The position numbers were made by a program, and so were the translations under genes. DNA of 64,000 nucleotides, taken from an uncultured virus (IMG/VR IMGVR_UViG_3300030060_006061). Its lineage: Duplodnaviria; Heunggongvirae; Uroviricota; Caudoviricetes. Position 1 is the first letter of the stretch, and every line of letters starts with the position of its first letter. The stretch is taken from positions 1 through 64,000 of IMG/VR virus record IMGVR_UViG_3300030060_006061. One strand, written 5' to 3'. This document shows positions 1-8,389 of this stretch, one piece after another. The notes beneath the pieces were generated by a model, which made no database searches, was not told the origin of the DNA, and saw only the letters and a program-made list of their open reading frames with translations.

Positions 1-726
1 CTAGAGAATTTTAAAACAAATATTATTATCAAAGAGGTTGATAAACAATCTGTATTTGAAAAAGAAGCACTACCAATCTTAGAAGATATTGTAGATGTAG
101 ATATATGGGAAAACTTTAATTTTATATTTGAGAAAAGTGACGAACCACTCTTTCATAGGCAGAGAGTATTAAATGAAATGATAATGCAGTGTGACACAGA
201 GATAGTTGTGAACTATGATTGTGATGTCATTCTACCTAGAGAGTCATATGCACTAGCCTATAAGGGTATACTCGATGGAATATATGATGTGGTCTATCCA
301 TATGGTCAAGGCATGTTCCAGAGGCAGGTAGCAGCGACTGATGTTACTGTATCTAAGTTCTTGGAGACAGGTGACTATGAGTTTCTAAATGCAGTGTCAA
401 ACGATCATACATCTGATTATGGATGGGCTCAGTTCTTTAGAACAAGTGTCTATAAACAGGGTGGTATGGAGAATGAAAACTTTAAAGCATATGCACCGGA
501 AGATAAAGAAAGATATTATAGATTTACCACATTGGGATACAGTGTTGGTAGAATAGAGAACTGTGTATATCATCTTGAACATGCACGAGGAGAGAACTCA
601 TGGTTTAATAATCCATTTATGGAATACAACATGGCAGAGTGGGAGAGAATACAAGGCATGAGTAAAAAAGATCTGCTACAATATTATTCAGAACAGGAGT
701 ATCTAAAGAAGTATGCTTGCATTTAA
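1..726 (+). CDS. Glycosyltransferase (GT-A fold, GT2/GT7-like), 5'-truncated by window
   Basis: Frame is open from base 1; YDCD (DxD) motif, GGMENENFKAYAPEDKE and YHLEH motifs. Confidence 0.8.
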   Translation, partial: LENFKTNIIIKEVDKQSVFEKEALPILEDIVDVDIWENFNFIFEKSDEPLFHRQRVLNEMIMQCDTEIVVNYDCDVILPRESYALAYKGILDGIYDVVYPYGQGMFQRQVAATDVTVSKFLETGDYEFLNAVSNDHTSDYGWAQFFRTSVYKQGGMENENFKAYAPEDKERYYRFTTLGYSVGRIENCVYHLEHARGENSWFNNPFMEYNMAEWERIQGMSKKDLLQYYSEQEYLKKYACI

Positions 727-1564
727 TAATATAGGTAGTCTAGGTAGACTTGGGAATCAAATGTTTGAGTATGCTGCATTGCGTGGTATCGCAGCTAAAC
801 ATGGATATGAGTGGATGATACCACCACCAGAAAATAAAGGTATTGAAAACTATAGTCTGCACGAATGTTTTAAACTATCTCCTGATCGTAAAGAGGGAGT
901 GTTAGATCCGTGTCATTATGCACAAGAACCTTACTTTCATTTTTGCGAGGAACTATACGAAAGATGTCCTGATGGTATTAGTCTTCATGGTTTTTTTCAA
1001 TCATGGAGATATTTTCAAAATGTAGAGGATGAACTCAGAAAAGATTTTACCTTTCATAAGGGTATCTCAGAACCATGTAAGGAGATGATGCAGGAGCTTG
1101 ATGGTAAGGAACCCATCATGTTGCATGTAAGGAGAGGGGATCCGAATCTTACAGATCCACGAGGATTTAAATGGTCATACACACAATGTGGAGATCAACA
1201 TCCAGTTCAACCGATAGATTATTATGAGAAAGCATTATCAAAGTTTGACGCGAAACAACCTGTGATTGTCTTCTCTGATTCTGTTGAGTGGGTTAAGGAA
1301 CAAGAGTTCTTTAAACCAGATCGATTTATGATCTCCGAACCAGAGGATAAATATGCTGATGGTTCATTTACACCATATGCTGACTTATGCTTGATGAGTC
1401 TATGTTCACATGCTATAATAGCAAATAGTTCTATGAGTTGGTGGGGTGCTTGGTTGATCTCTAATCCAGATAAACAAGTAATCGCACCAAAAATGTGGTT
1501 TGGCCCTGCTTATGCAGACAAAGATACTAAAGACCTTTATTACCCTACTTGGAAATTATTATGA
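713..1564 (+). CDS. Alpha-1,2-fucosyltransferase-like (GT11)
   Basis: GRLGNQMF, HVRRGD and IIANSSMSWWGAW motifs. Confidence 0.9.
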   Translation: MLAFNNIGSLGRLGNQMFEYAALRGIAAKHGYEWMIPPPENKGIENYSLHECFKLSPDRKEGVLDPCHYAQEPYFHFCEELYERCPDGISLHGFFQSWRYFQNVEDELRKDFTFHKGISEPCKEMMQELDGKEPIMLHVRRGDPNLTDPRGFKWSYTQCGDQHPVQPIDYYEKALSKFDAKQPVIVFSDSVEWVKEQEFFKPDRFMISEPEDKYADGSFTPYADLCLMSLCSHAIIANSSMSWWGAWLISNPDKQVIAPKMWFGPAYADKDTKDLYYPTWKLL

Positions 1565-2340
1565 CTTGTAAAACAAGAATAGAAAGTTACGAAGATTTAG
1601 CAGAAGATATAATCAAATGGTTGAAAGATTACTATTATATACATGCGATCAAAGCGTTTGTTGTTGGAGTATCGGGAGGTATTGACTCTGCTGTAGTTTC
1701 ATCATTGTGTGCAAGAACAGGCCTTCCAACATACGTTGTGTGTATGCCACTCGCATCAAAGTTTAAGAACACTCAACTGTCTGATATTCACTCAAAACAA
1801 TTAGAAGAAAAATATGATAATGTAAAAAGAATTGAAGTTGAATTATCTCCAGTGTATGACAGTCTAATAAAATCTGTTGATTGGTGGACTGAGAGAAATT
1901 TTGAAAAGGGTGAGTTTACAAATAATGAACATGCAAATGCAAATACTAAGTCTCGTATACGTATGGTTTGTCTATATCAAATAGCAGGATCTATTGGTGG
2001 TATTGTGGTTGGAACAGGAAATAAAGTCGAAGATTATGGAGTGGGATTCTATACAAAGTATGGAGATGGTGGAGTTGATATCGCACCAATAGCAGACTTA
2101 CTTAAAACAGAGGTATGGTTACTTGGTGAATATCTTGAAGTTGATGAGAGAATATGTGAAGCACCACCAACTGATGGATTGTGGAATGATTCACGTACAG
2201 ATGAATCACAATTAGGTGCTACATATGAGGAACTAGAAGAGGCAATGGAGCACGGCACGGGCCCTGCTGTCAACGTTCTTGAAAAGTTTAGCACACAGAA
2301 CAAACACAAAATGGAACCCATCCCTACATTTAAACTATGA
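1561..2340 (+). CDS. nadE: NH3-dependent NAD+ synthetase
   Basis: GVSGGIDSAV PP-loop, NTKSRIRM, GTGNKVE, GFYTKYGDGGVD, PPTDGLW, TDESQLG. Confidence 0.93.
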   Translation: MTCKTRIESYEDLAEDIIKWLKDYYYIHAIKAFVVGVSGGIDSAVVSSLCARTGLPTYVVCMPLASKFKNTQLSDIHSKQLEEKYDNVKRIEVELSPVYDSLIKSVDWWTERNFEKGEFTNNEHANANTKSRIRMVCLYQIAGSIGGIVVGTGNKVEDYGVGFYTKYGDGGVDIAPIADLLKTEVWLLGEYLEVDERICEAPPTDGLWNDSRTDESQLGATYEELEEAMEHGTGPAVNVLEKFSTQNKHKMEPIPTFKL

Positions 2341-3440
2341 AGATAGGATTGATTGGAGCAGGAAGATTAGGTATCTGTCTTGCTCTTCTTATAGAAAAAG
2401 CAGGACTTGATGTAATCGCATCAGATGTTCGTGAAGATTATATTACAAACCTTCAGAACAAAGTCATTTTTACAAATGAACCACAAGTTCAAGATTATCT
2501 TACAGAATCTAAAAACATAGAATTCACTACAGATAATCAAAAAGTTATTGATGAGTCTGATATTATCTTTACTCTAGTTCAAACACCATCACTCGAAGAT
2601 GGAAGCTATGATGTAAGTGCTGTTTGGAAAGTTGTTCAAGACTTGCAAAACTCAAATACAGATGGTAAATCTTTTGTAGTTGGTTGCACAACAAATCCCG
2701 GTGATTGTGACGAGTTCCAAAAGATGCTTGGCATAGATGTTTATTATAATCCAGAGTTCATCGCACAAGGTTCTATCATAAAAGATTTACAGAACGCAGA
2801 TATGGTTTTGTTGGGTGGTAAAGGTAAACACTCTGAAGTGCTAGAGCATTTATATTATATGATTCAACTTGGATACAAAGATGCCAACGTACATACCATG
2901 AGCACAAAGGCTGCAGAACTCACAAAGATTGCAGTTAATTGTTTCCTCACAACTAAGATTAGTTACGCAAATATGCTTGGAGAAGTTCTTTCATTATCAG
3001 GATTAGATGCTGAAATAGAAACTGTATTGGGTGCTATAGGATCTGATAGTCGAGTAGGCACAAAGTATTTAAACTTTGGTTTTGGATTTGGTGGGCCTTG
3101 TTTTCCAAGAGACAATCGTGCTTTCGCAGCACATGCACAGAGTGTGGGTGTTCAACATAATATTGGATTTACAACTGATGCATTTAATGAAGAACATGCA
3201 AAGTTTATGAAAGAGTTTTTCATACGAAAGAATAAAAATAATTTACCGTATGCATTTAAATATTTGACATACAAACCGGGTATCGATATACTTACAGAGA
3301 GTCAACAATATCGTTTATGTCTCGATCTTTTAGATGAGGGATATAAAGTTTATTGTATGGACGATGCAATCATTCATTTATGCGATGATCGAATTTTATT
3401 TGAAGACCCCAAAGAGGAAGTCTATTGGATCAACTTGTAA
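2337..3440 (+). CDS. ugd: UDP-glucose/GDP-mannose dehydrogenase family
   Basis: GAGRLG Rossmann motif, YNPEFIAQG, GFGGPCFPRD catalytic Cys. Confidence 0.88.
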   Translation: MKIGLIGAGRLGICLALLIEKAGLDVIASDVREDYITNLQNKVIFTNEPQVQDYLTESKNIEFTTDNQKVIDESDIIFTLVQTPSLEDGSYDVSAVWKVVQDLQNSNTDGKSFVVGCTTNPGDCDEFQKMLGIDVYYNPEFIAQGSIIKDLQNADMVLLGGKGKHSEVLEHLYYMIQLGYKDANVHTMSTKAAELTKIAVNCFLTTKISYANMLGEVLSLSGLDAEIETVLGAIGSDSRVGTKYLNFGFGFGGPCFPRDNRAFAAHAQSVGVQHNIGFTTDAFNEEHAKFMKEFFIRKNKNNLPYAFKYLTYKPGIDILTESQQYRLCLDLLDEGYKVYCMDDAIIHLCDDRILFEDPKEEVYWINL

Positions 3441-4228
3441 CTGACAAAAATAAATCTGCCTATAAGTTAAAAAACTTTGGGCCTGTATATTGTATTAATC
3501 TTGATGGACAACCAGAGAGATGGGAATACATGGAGGGTCAATTTAAATATTGGGGTGTGAATGATTATAGTCGTATCTCTGCCTATGACGGTCGTGATGA
3601 TGATCTAAGTGATATTATTAAGGGAAAGTATCCTGAGAATATGACATCAGGTGAGGTTGGATGCACTACATCTCATTTAAAGGCCATGAAATATTATTTG
3701 GAAACAAGTGATAGTCCTTATGCAATCATGATGGAGGATGATTGTAGTTTAGATCTTGTTAAGTTTTGGAATTTTAAATGGAGTGAATTGCACGGGCACT
3801 TCCCATATGATTGGGATGTTGTTCAACTCGCAATTATATGCACAGGTGATATACACGTAAGATTGCATAAAAGATTTGTTAATGATTTCTCTACAGCGTG
3901 TTATGTAATCAGTCGTAGTCATGCTGAAAAACTTGTTAGATTTCATTGTCGTAACGATAAGTATAAGTTAGATCAAGGTGTAAAACCGAGAGCAGTGGCT
4001 GATGATTTGATATACAACTCAGGGAATACATTTGCAATACCTCTTTTAGTTTACAAATTTGAATTAGGTTCAAGTATTCATCCTGTTCATGTTGATGTAT
4101 ATCATAAACAAAATTATGAAGCACAAGTAAATTTTTGGACACAGAATGGTGCTAATATTGATATTGCAGACTACATGAACTATGATCCATATCTTGGTCG
4201 TGTCACGGAAAGGAGCACTCAAGGGTGA
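3425..4228 (+). CDS. Glycosyltransferase family 25 (LPS biosynthesis-like); start uncertain
   Basis: CINLD..ERW, GEVGCTTSH and MMEDD motifs. Confidence 0.85.
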   Translation: MDQLVTDKNKSAYKLKNFGPVYCINLDGQPERWEYMEGQFKYWGVNDYSRISAYDGRDDDLSDIIKGKYPENMTSGEVGCTTSHLKAMKYYLETSDSPYAIMMEDDCSLDLVKFWNFKWSELHGHFPYDWDVVQLAIICTGDIHVRLHKRFVNDFSTACYVISRSHAEKLVRFHCRNDKYKLDQGVKPRAVADDLIYNSGNTFAIPLLVYKFELGSSIHPVHVDVYHKQNYEAQVNFWTQNGANIDIADYMNYDPYLGRVTERSTQG

Positions 4229-4253
4229 CAGACAGATAAGTGGTTGTCATATA

Positions 4254-4287
4254 TTGACACTGTTTAGATAAAATGTTATTATAAATA
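4254..4287 (+). promoter_or_regulatory. Overlapping sigma70-like promoter and T4 late promoter
   Basis: TTGACA(4254)-17nt-TATTAT; TATAAATA at 4280-4287. Confidence 0.7.
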
Positions 4288-4291
4288 AATC

Positions 4292-4420
4292 AACTGTCAC
4301 ATGTGACAGTTCTAGTCAAAGGACTCGAAAGATCGTAACCCTGTGGCGAATGTTAAAACTATCCTCTGTCGGGGATGGTATCATCCGCAGGGAAAACTCT
4401 GCGAGAAAACTATAAAAACA
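4292..4420 (+). ncRNA. Candidate structured 5' leader (possibly a manA- or wcaG-class cyanophage RNA motif)
   Basis: Perfect 20-bp palindrome at 4292-4311, then GC-richer hairpins (ATCCTC-TGTC-GGGGAT; CGCAG-GGAAAACT-CTGCG) between promoter and ATG. Confidence 0.45.
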
Positions 4421-4774
4421 ATGTCTATTAAATCAATCGCAGCTCTTGCTGCTTCTCCCTTCTTATTCGCAGGTGCTGCGTTTGCTGGCCCATATGTTAA
4501 TATTGAAACAAATTCTAGTTTTACTGGATCTGACTACACAAGCACAGCAACAGACCTAGCAATCGGATATCAAGGTGCTAATTGGTGGGTACAAGGTGGC
4601 CCTATCGTCACATCTCCTGATAATGGTGACTCCACAACAGATCTTCTTGTTAAAGCAGGTGGTAACGTTGCTTTTACAGATGTAGTTGGTGCATACGGTG
4701 AAGTATCATTCCAAACAGCAGACAATGCTGATTCAGCATACGGTGTAAAAATAGGAGCTAGATACAGTTTCTAA
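4421..4774 (+). CDS. Small outer-membrane beta-barrel/porin-like protein
   Basis: Signal peptide ending AAFA, alternating beta-strand pattern, C-terminal RYSF. Confidence 0.65.
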   Translation: MSIKSIAALAASPFLFAGAAFAGPYVNIETNSSFTGSDYTSTATDLAIGYQGANWWVQGGPIVTSPDNGDSTTDLLVKAGGNVAFTDVVGAYGEVSFQTADNADSAYGVKIGARYSF

Positions 4775-4821
4775 ATAAGTATGAGACCTTTCGTGCGGTC
4801 TCTGCAAAACGGAACAAACCC

Positions 4822-4850
4822 AAGACCTCTCATTGCAGAGGTCTTTTTTT
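4822..4850 (+). terminator. Rho-independent terminator
   Basis: AAGACCTCT-CATTGC-AGAGGTCTT followed by T-run. Confidence 0.85.
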
Positions 4851-4866
4851 ATGTTACAATATTTCT

Positions 4867-5055
4867 ATGAAAAAAATTTTAGAAGTCATCACTCATCCTG
4901 TTACCTATTCTAATTTGCTGATCGTAGGTACACTCATATTGATAGAGCTCTCCCATACACATGCTCATCATAAAATGGAAGTAGATGTTCATGGATATTG
5001 TCATCAATATAATATGAAAAATCCAAATGCATTTGTTGAGGATGAGGATTGGTAA
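4867..5055 (+). CDS. Hypothetical membrane protein
   Basis: 62-aa ORF, one TM segment followed by His-rich stretch. Confidence 0.6.
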   Translation: MKKILEVITHPVTYSNLLIVGTLILIELSHTHAHHKMEVDVHGYCHQYNMKNPNAFVEDEDW

Positions 5056-5128
5056 CGTTACATAAGTTTACTTAATAGGACATATAAGGTATATTTACTT
5101 ATGTTCGGGTCTCCGAATGTAAAGATAT

Positions 5129-5157
5129 TTGACAAAATTTAATATTTTATATATAAT
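5129..5157 (+). promoter_or_regulatory. Consensus sigma70 promoter of hli cluster
   Basis: TTGACA-17nt-TATAAT. Confidence 0.85.
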
Positions 5158-5183
5158 TATGTTACATAAATTAATATAGTTCA

Positions 5184-5381
5184 ATGACGACAGTTACTGA
5201 AGGCGGGGGTCGCCAAAACATGTATCCAACAGAGACAGTCTCTTATGTTGATGAAACCATTTCATACGATGGTTATCCTCAGAACGCTGAGAAAGTAAAT
5301 GGACGTTGGGCCATGATCGGATTCGTAGCACTTATTGGTGCATACGCAACTACAGGTCAAATCATTCCCGGTATTTTCTAA
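5184..5381 (+). CDS. hli: High-light-inducible protein 1
   Basis: AEKVNGRWAMIGF...TGQIIPGIF. Confidence 0.95.
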   Translation: MTTVTEGGGRQNMYPTETVSYVDETISYDGYPQNAEKVNGRWAMIGFVALIGAYATTGQIIPGIF

Positions 5382-5506
5382 TGGACACAAATCATCCCTA
5401 TTGGAAATACGCAGAAAAGGTCAATGGTCGCCTCGCGATGCTTGGTCTAGTAATCGGCACAATTAATTACGGACTATTCGGATGGATAGCACCCGGATTA
5501 TTTTAA
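5381..5506 (+). CDS. hli: High-light-inducible protein 2
   Basis: MDTNHPYWKYAEKVNGRLAMLG; TAATG coupling. Confidence 0.9.
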   Translation: MDTNHPYWKYAEKVNGRLAMLGLVIGTINYGLFGWIAPGLF

Positions 5507-5551
5507 ATGAAAATTAACACACAATTCACAATTCAAGAAAGGTACAAACTC

Positions 5552-5659
5552 ATGACTCCAGAAGCAGAAAGATTTAACGGTTGGGCAGCAATGCTTGGTT
5601 TCGTAGCAGCAGTCGGTGCATACGCAACAACAGGAAACATCATCCCCGGCATTTTCTAA
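5552..5659 (+). CDS. hli: High-light-inducible protein 3 (not in ORF track)
   Basis: MTPEAERFNGWAAMLGFVAAVGAYATTGNIIPGIF; alternative in-frame ATG at 5507. Confidence 0.95.
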   Translation: MTPEAERFNGWAAMLGFVAAVGAYATTGNIIPGIF

Positions 5660-5772
5660 TGAACAACAACGACATCTTCTTAAAAGCACAAGGACGTGCA
5701 GCGATGATGGCATTCATCGTATTGTGTATATCATACACAGCAACAGGTCAACTCATTCCAGGCTTTGTATAA
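5659..5772 (+). CDS. hli: High-light-inducible protein 4 (divergent)
   Basis: MNNNDIFLKAQGRAAMMAF...TGQLIPGFV; ExxN motif degenerate. Confidence 0.85.
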   Translation: MNNNDIFLKAQGRAAMMAFIVLCISYTATGQLIPGFV

Positions 5773-5927
5773 TGGCAAAAACTAAAACAATAGAAACAAC
5801 ACGCAGACAACCAGAAAGACAGAAGGTTGTAGCAGAAAGAATCAATGGGCAGTTAGCAATGCTCGGATTAGTAGCAGCATCTATTTCATATGCAACTACA
5901 GGACATATGTTCTTCGGTTTAGTCTAA
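5772..5927 (+). CDS. hli: High-light-inducible protein 5
   Basis: AERINGQLAMLG...TTGHMFFGLV. Confidence 0.9.
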   Translation: MAKTKTIETTRRQPERQKVVAERINGQLAMLGLVAASISYATTGHMFFGLV

Positions 5928-5930
5928 ACT

Positions 5931-6107
5931 ATGATTGGTTTAGAAGATGCTAATACAACTTCACCACTCCTAGTGATCCTATGGTGTTTTTATCCCATAG
6001 GAATCCTAGTAGCGATAGAACTATTTTTAAAATCCCTCAATGACGACGATGACGACGATTTTGGAGGGGGTAAAGCAGTCCCAGTTTATTCACCATCAGG
6101 AGCTTAA
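5931..6107 (+). CDS. Small membrane protein with acidic tail
   Basis: 58 aa, TM segment then DDDDDDFGGG; directly follows hli5. Confidence 0.7.
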   Translation: MIGLEDANTTSPLLVILWCFYPIGILVAIELFLKSLNDDDDDDFGGGKAVPVYSPSGA

Positions 6108-6108
6108 C

Positions 6109-6183
6109 ATGTATCACATTTTATTCACAACAATAGTCACACTTTACATCGTATCAGGTGTAGGCAACATCGCATTCGCATGA
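6109..6183 (+). CDS. 24-aa hydrophobic microprotein
   Basis: MYHILFTTIVTLYIVSGVGNIAFA; AGGAG upstream; ATGA overlap with next ORF. Confidence 0.5.
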   Translation: MYHILFTTIVTLYIVSGVGNIAFA

Positions 6184-6275
6184 TTAAAATAGCTTACTCA
6201 CCATACTACTCACTTATTGAGTTCGGTTTTTTCGTTGTTGTGGGAACAGCAGCGGGTATGGCAGGTTTAATATGA
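6180..6275 (+). CDS. 31-aa hydrophobic microprotein
   Basis: MIKIAYSPYYSLIEFGFFVVVGTAAGMAGLI; ATGA overlaps at both ends. Confidence 0.6.
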   Translation: MIKIAYSPYYSLIEFGFFVVVGTAAGMAGLI

Positions 6276-6640
6276 ATAACTCACAATCTTATCACGACGT
6301 TATGGAAGCGTATAAGCGTCCACCATCAATCAGATTTATTCCTAGAATATTTGGTTGGTTAACAGTGTTTGTGCTGTTATTTGGTGTATCAAAAACAGCG
6401 TATGCTTATGAGGCAGAACCCGTGATTTGGGTGCAAGTTCCACAGTGGACAGATGATTGGGCAGTATGTGCAGTAGATATTCCAGATGCTGCATGTCATT
6501 GGTATGTTGCAAATGCAGACAATACATTTGGAGAGGGATTCGACTGGGAGACAGCTCCTTGGTTCGATGCAAACGGATTAAGCGATGTGGCACCCATCTC
6601 TAAACAAACTGTCGCACAAAAATTACAAGAGGTAGGATGA
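6272..6640 (+). CDS. Hypothetical protein (TM/signal plus Trp/Cys-rich domain)
   Basis: 122-aa coupled ORF. Confidence 0.7.
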   Translation: MNNSQSYHDVMEAYKRPPSIRFIPRIFGWLTVFVLLFGVSKTAYAYEAEPVIWVQVPQWTDDWAVCAVDIPDAACHWYVANADNTFGEGFDWETAPWFDANGLSDVAPISKQTVAQKLQEVG

Positions 6641-6741
6641 ATTATATTTCAATATTACAGATGTTTCTAATGATATTCTCAGGCACAGCGATACTAACAA
6701 CACTTTTCGTGGTCATGATGAGCACCATGATGGAAGACTAA
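6637..6741 (+). CDS. 34-aa hydrophobic microprotein
   Basis: MNYISILQMFLMIFSGTAILTTLFVVMMSTMMED; ATGA overlap. Confidence 0.5.
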   Translation: MNYISILQMFLMIFSGTAILTTLFVVMMSTMMED

Positions 6742-6763
6742 ATAAGACACATACACAAAAATT

Positions 6764-7009
6764 ATGTTACAGAAAATTGTAAATGGAATCGCTATTGCAA
6801 GTGGTGTTGTATCTCTCACCGTTGTTGGTCTTGGCGGTTACGTATTCATACGCAAGGATGCAATTATCGAAAACGTCAAAGGTAAAATAATGGAATCTGT
6901 TTTACCCGGTGGAATCGGTGGAGCAATAGGAGGAGCTGGACTATCATTACCAAGTCCTTCATCAGACGCACCAACGTCACCATCACCATCAATACCTTCT
7001 CCATTCTAG
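6764..7009 (+). CDS. Hypothetical membrane protein with Pro/Ser tail
   Basis: 81 aa; preceded by CTAAATA late-promoter variant. Confidence 0.7.
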   Translation: MLQKIVNGIAIASGVVSLTVVGLGGYVFIRKDAIIENVKGKIMESVLPGGIGGAIGGAGLSLPSPSSDAPTSPSPSIPSPF

Positions 7010-7055
7010 AAAAGGATTAATATACTAAATAATACCGCTAATGCGGTATTTTTTT

Positions 7056-7490
7056 ATGGCAGAAGAAAAAAAAGAAATTAAAACAGAGGAACCAAAGAAG
7101 AAAGGTTTCTTTGGTAATTTAAAAGAACATGCGGAAGACAAAGAAGAACAGTTAATGATTCTCTCTACTTTCGTGAGATTGGGAATATTGATTTGGTCAG
7201 GGGCTATCTTGACTTTGGCCTATGTTGAATTACCAGAAGCACTTAAAATTCCAAAACAAGATCTCGACCCGACATTCATAGCTTCAGTTTTCACAGGAGT
7301 TTTGGCCACTTTTGGGGTCACTACTTCTAAGAGAGGTTCACAAGGTGGTTCTAATGGTGGTGTAAGTAAAGGTGACATGGAGAAACTTATTGCAGCAGCA
7401 TCACAGACTGCACCTGCACAAACAATTCGTATTGAACAGGCACCAATGCAGATTGCAACTGCAGTTCCACCAAAGAAAGATAAAGAGTAA
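7056..7490 (+). CDS. Hypothetical two-TM protein
   Basis: Two hydrophobic segments; DPTFIASVFTGVLATFGV. Confidence 0.75.
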   Translation: MAEEKKEIKTEEPKKKGFFGNLKEHAEDKEEQLMILSTFVRLGILIWSGAILTLAYVELPEALKIPKQDLDPTFIASVFTGVLATFGVTTSKRGSQGGSNGGVSKGDMEKLIAAASQTAPAQTIRIEQAPMQIATAVPPKKDKE

Positions 7491-7727
7491 TTGGAATTCA
7501 CTGCTAGTAACGTCATTGAATCCCTTTCAGAGATCGCCCCTTACATAGAGGCTGACGGGGGATTCTTGCAATTTGTAGAAATAGAAGAGGGAACTAACTT
7601 TGTAAAGGTAAGACTTGGTGGTGCTTGTACAAGTTGTGCCATGAGTGCTATGACATTAAAACAAGGTATTGAGAAGAAATTATTTCAAGATTTTCCTGAC
7701 TGCAACGGAGTTATCCAAGTTCTATGA
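7491..7727 (+). CDS. NifU C-terminal (Nfu) Fe-S scaffold domain protein
   Basis: IAPYIEADGG...VRLGGACTSCAMSAMTLKQGIE; TTG start. Confidence 0.9.
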   Translation: MEFTASNVIESLSEIAPYIEADGGFLQFVEIEEGTNFVKVRLGGACTSCAMSAMTLKQGIEKKLFQDFPDCNGVIQVL

Positions 7728-7811
7728 CATAGTGTGGGATCCCACACATTACTGCGTATATATACCTATTCAGTTATAATAAATATTATTGTACTGGAGT
7801 TGAAAAGAATC

Positions 7812-7973
7812 ATGTCCCATTACACATTAGCTTGGCACGATCAACAAGATATCGAGCACCATATCTGTGAATATGCAGACGATGCATTTGAAGCAGCAGC
7901 TCACGCGAGAGAGGATGTTCCGTTTCTACAGGAACATCCTTTTTCTCTGTATGAAATACTCAAGGAGGATTAG
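7812..7973 (+). CDS. Hypothetical protein
   Basis: 53 aa, GGAG upstream, TATAAT/TAAATA elements upstream. Confidence 0.65.
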   Translation: MSHYTLAWHDQQDIEHHICEYADDAFEAAAHAREDVPFLQEHPFSLYEILKED

Positions 7974-8063
7974 ATGAAAGATCTTCCAATTACATCCGCT
8001 TGTATAGTGTTCGGTGTTATTATATTCACACTTGTAACATTACCTCATTTTGCTTACGTATAG
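7974..8063 (+). CDS. 29-aa hydrophobic microprotein
   Basis: MKDLPITSACIVFGVIIFTLVTLPHFAYV; GGAGG upstream. Confidence 0.5.
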   Translation: MKDLPITSACIVFGVIIFTLVTLPHFAYV

Positions 8064-8089
8064 ATAATACTAATATTACTCATTAGTTT

Positions 8090-8389
8090 ATGTTATCTAC
8101 ACAATATCGTCTTCGCTTAGAAGGCATTTGTAAATCTATTGCAGCCGGAACAGAAGTAGGGATAGACGATATGATATGGGCACAGAAACTAGCGAAAGCA
8201 AATACAAGTGCAAGAGGTATGCTAAATCAAGCAAGAAGATTATCTACAAACCCGAACGATTCTTTTCTGAATAACTTGAATATTGGAGACCCCGATTCAA
8301 GTAATCACTTAAGGGGTTTCAATTCACCAGAGGATGTGGCAGACTGGTTCCATCAGGAGAGATCGGATGACTGGCGACAGAGAGATTAA
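8090..8389 (+). CDS. Conserved cyanophage hypothetical protein
   Basis: 99-aa ORF MLSTQYRLRLEGICK...DDWRQRD. Confidence 0.75.
   Translation: MLSTQYRLRLEGICKSIAAGTEVGIDDMIWAQKLAKANTSARGMLNQARRLSTNPNDSFLNNLNIGDPDSSNHLRGFNSPEDVADWFHQERSDDWRQRD

Noticed and set aside
5306..5927. Long ORF-track versions of hli genes (5306, 5581, 5616)
   Set aside because: These are N-terminal extensions overlapping upstream hli genes; true starts are the TAATG-coupled ATGs
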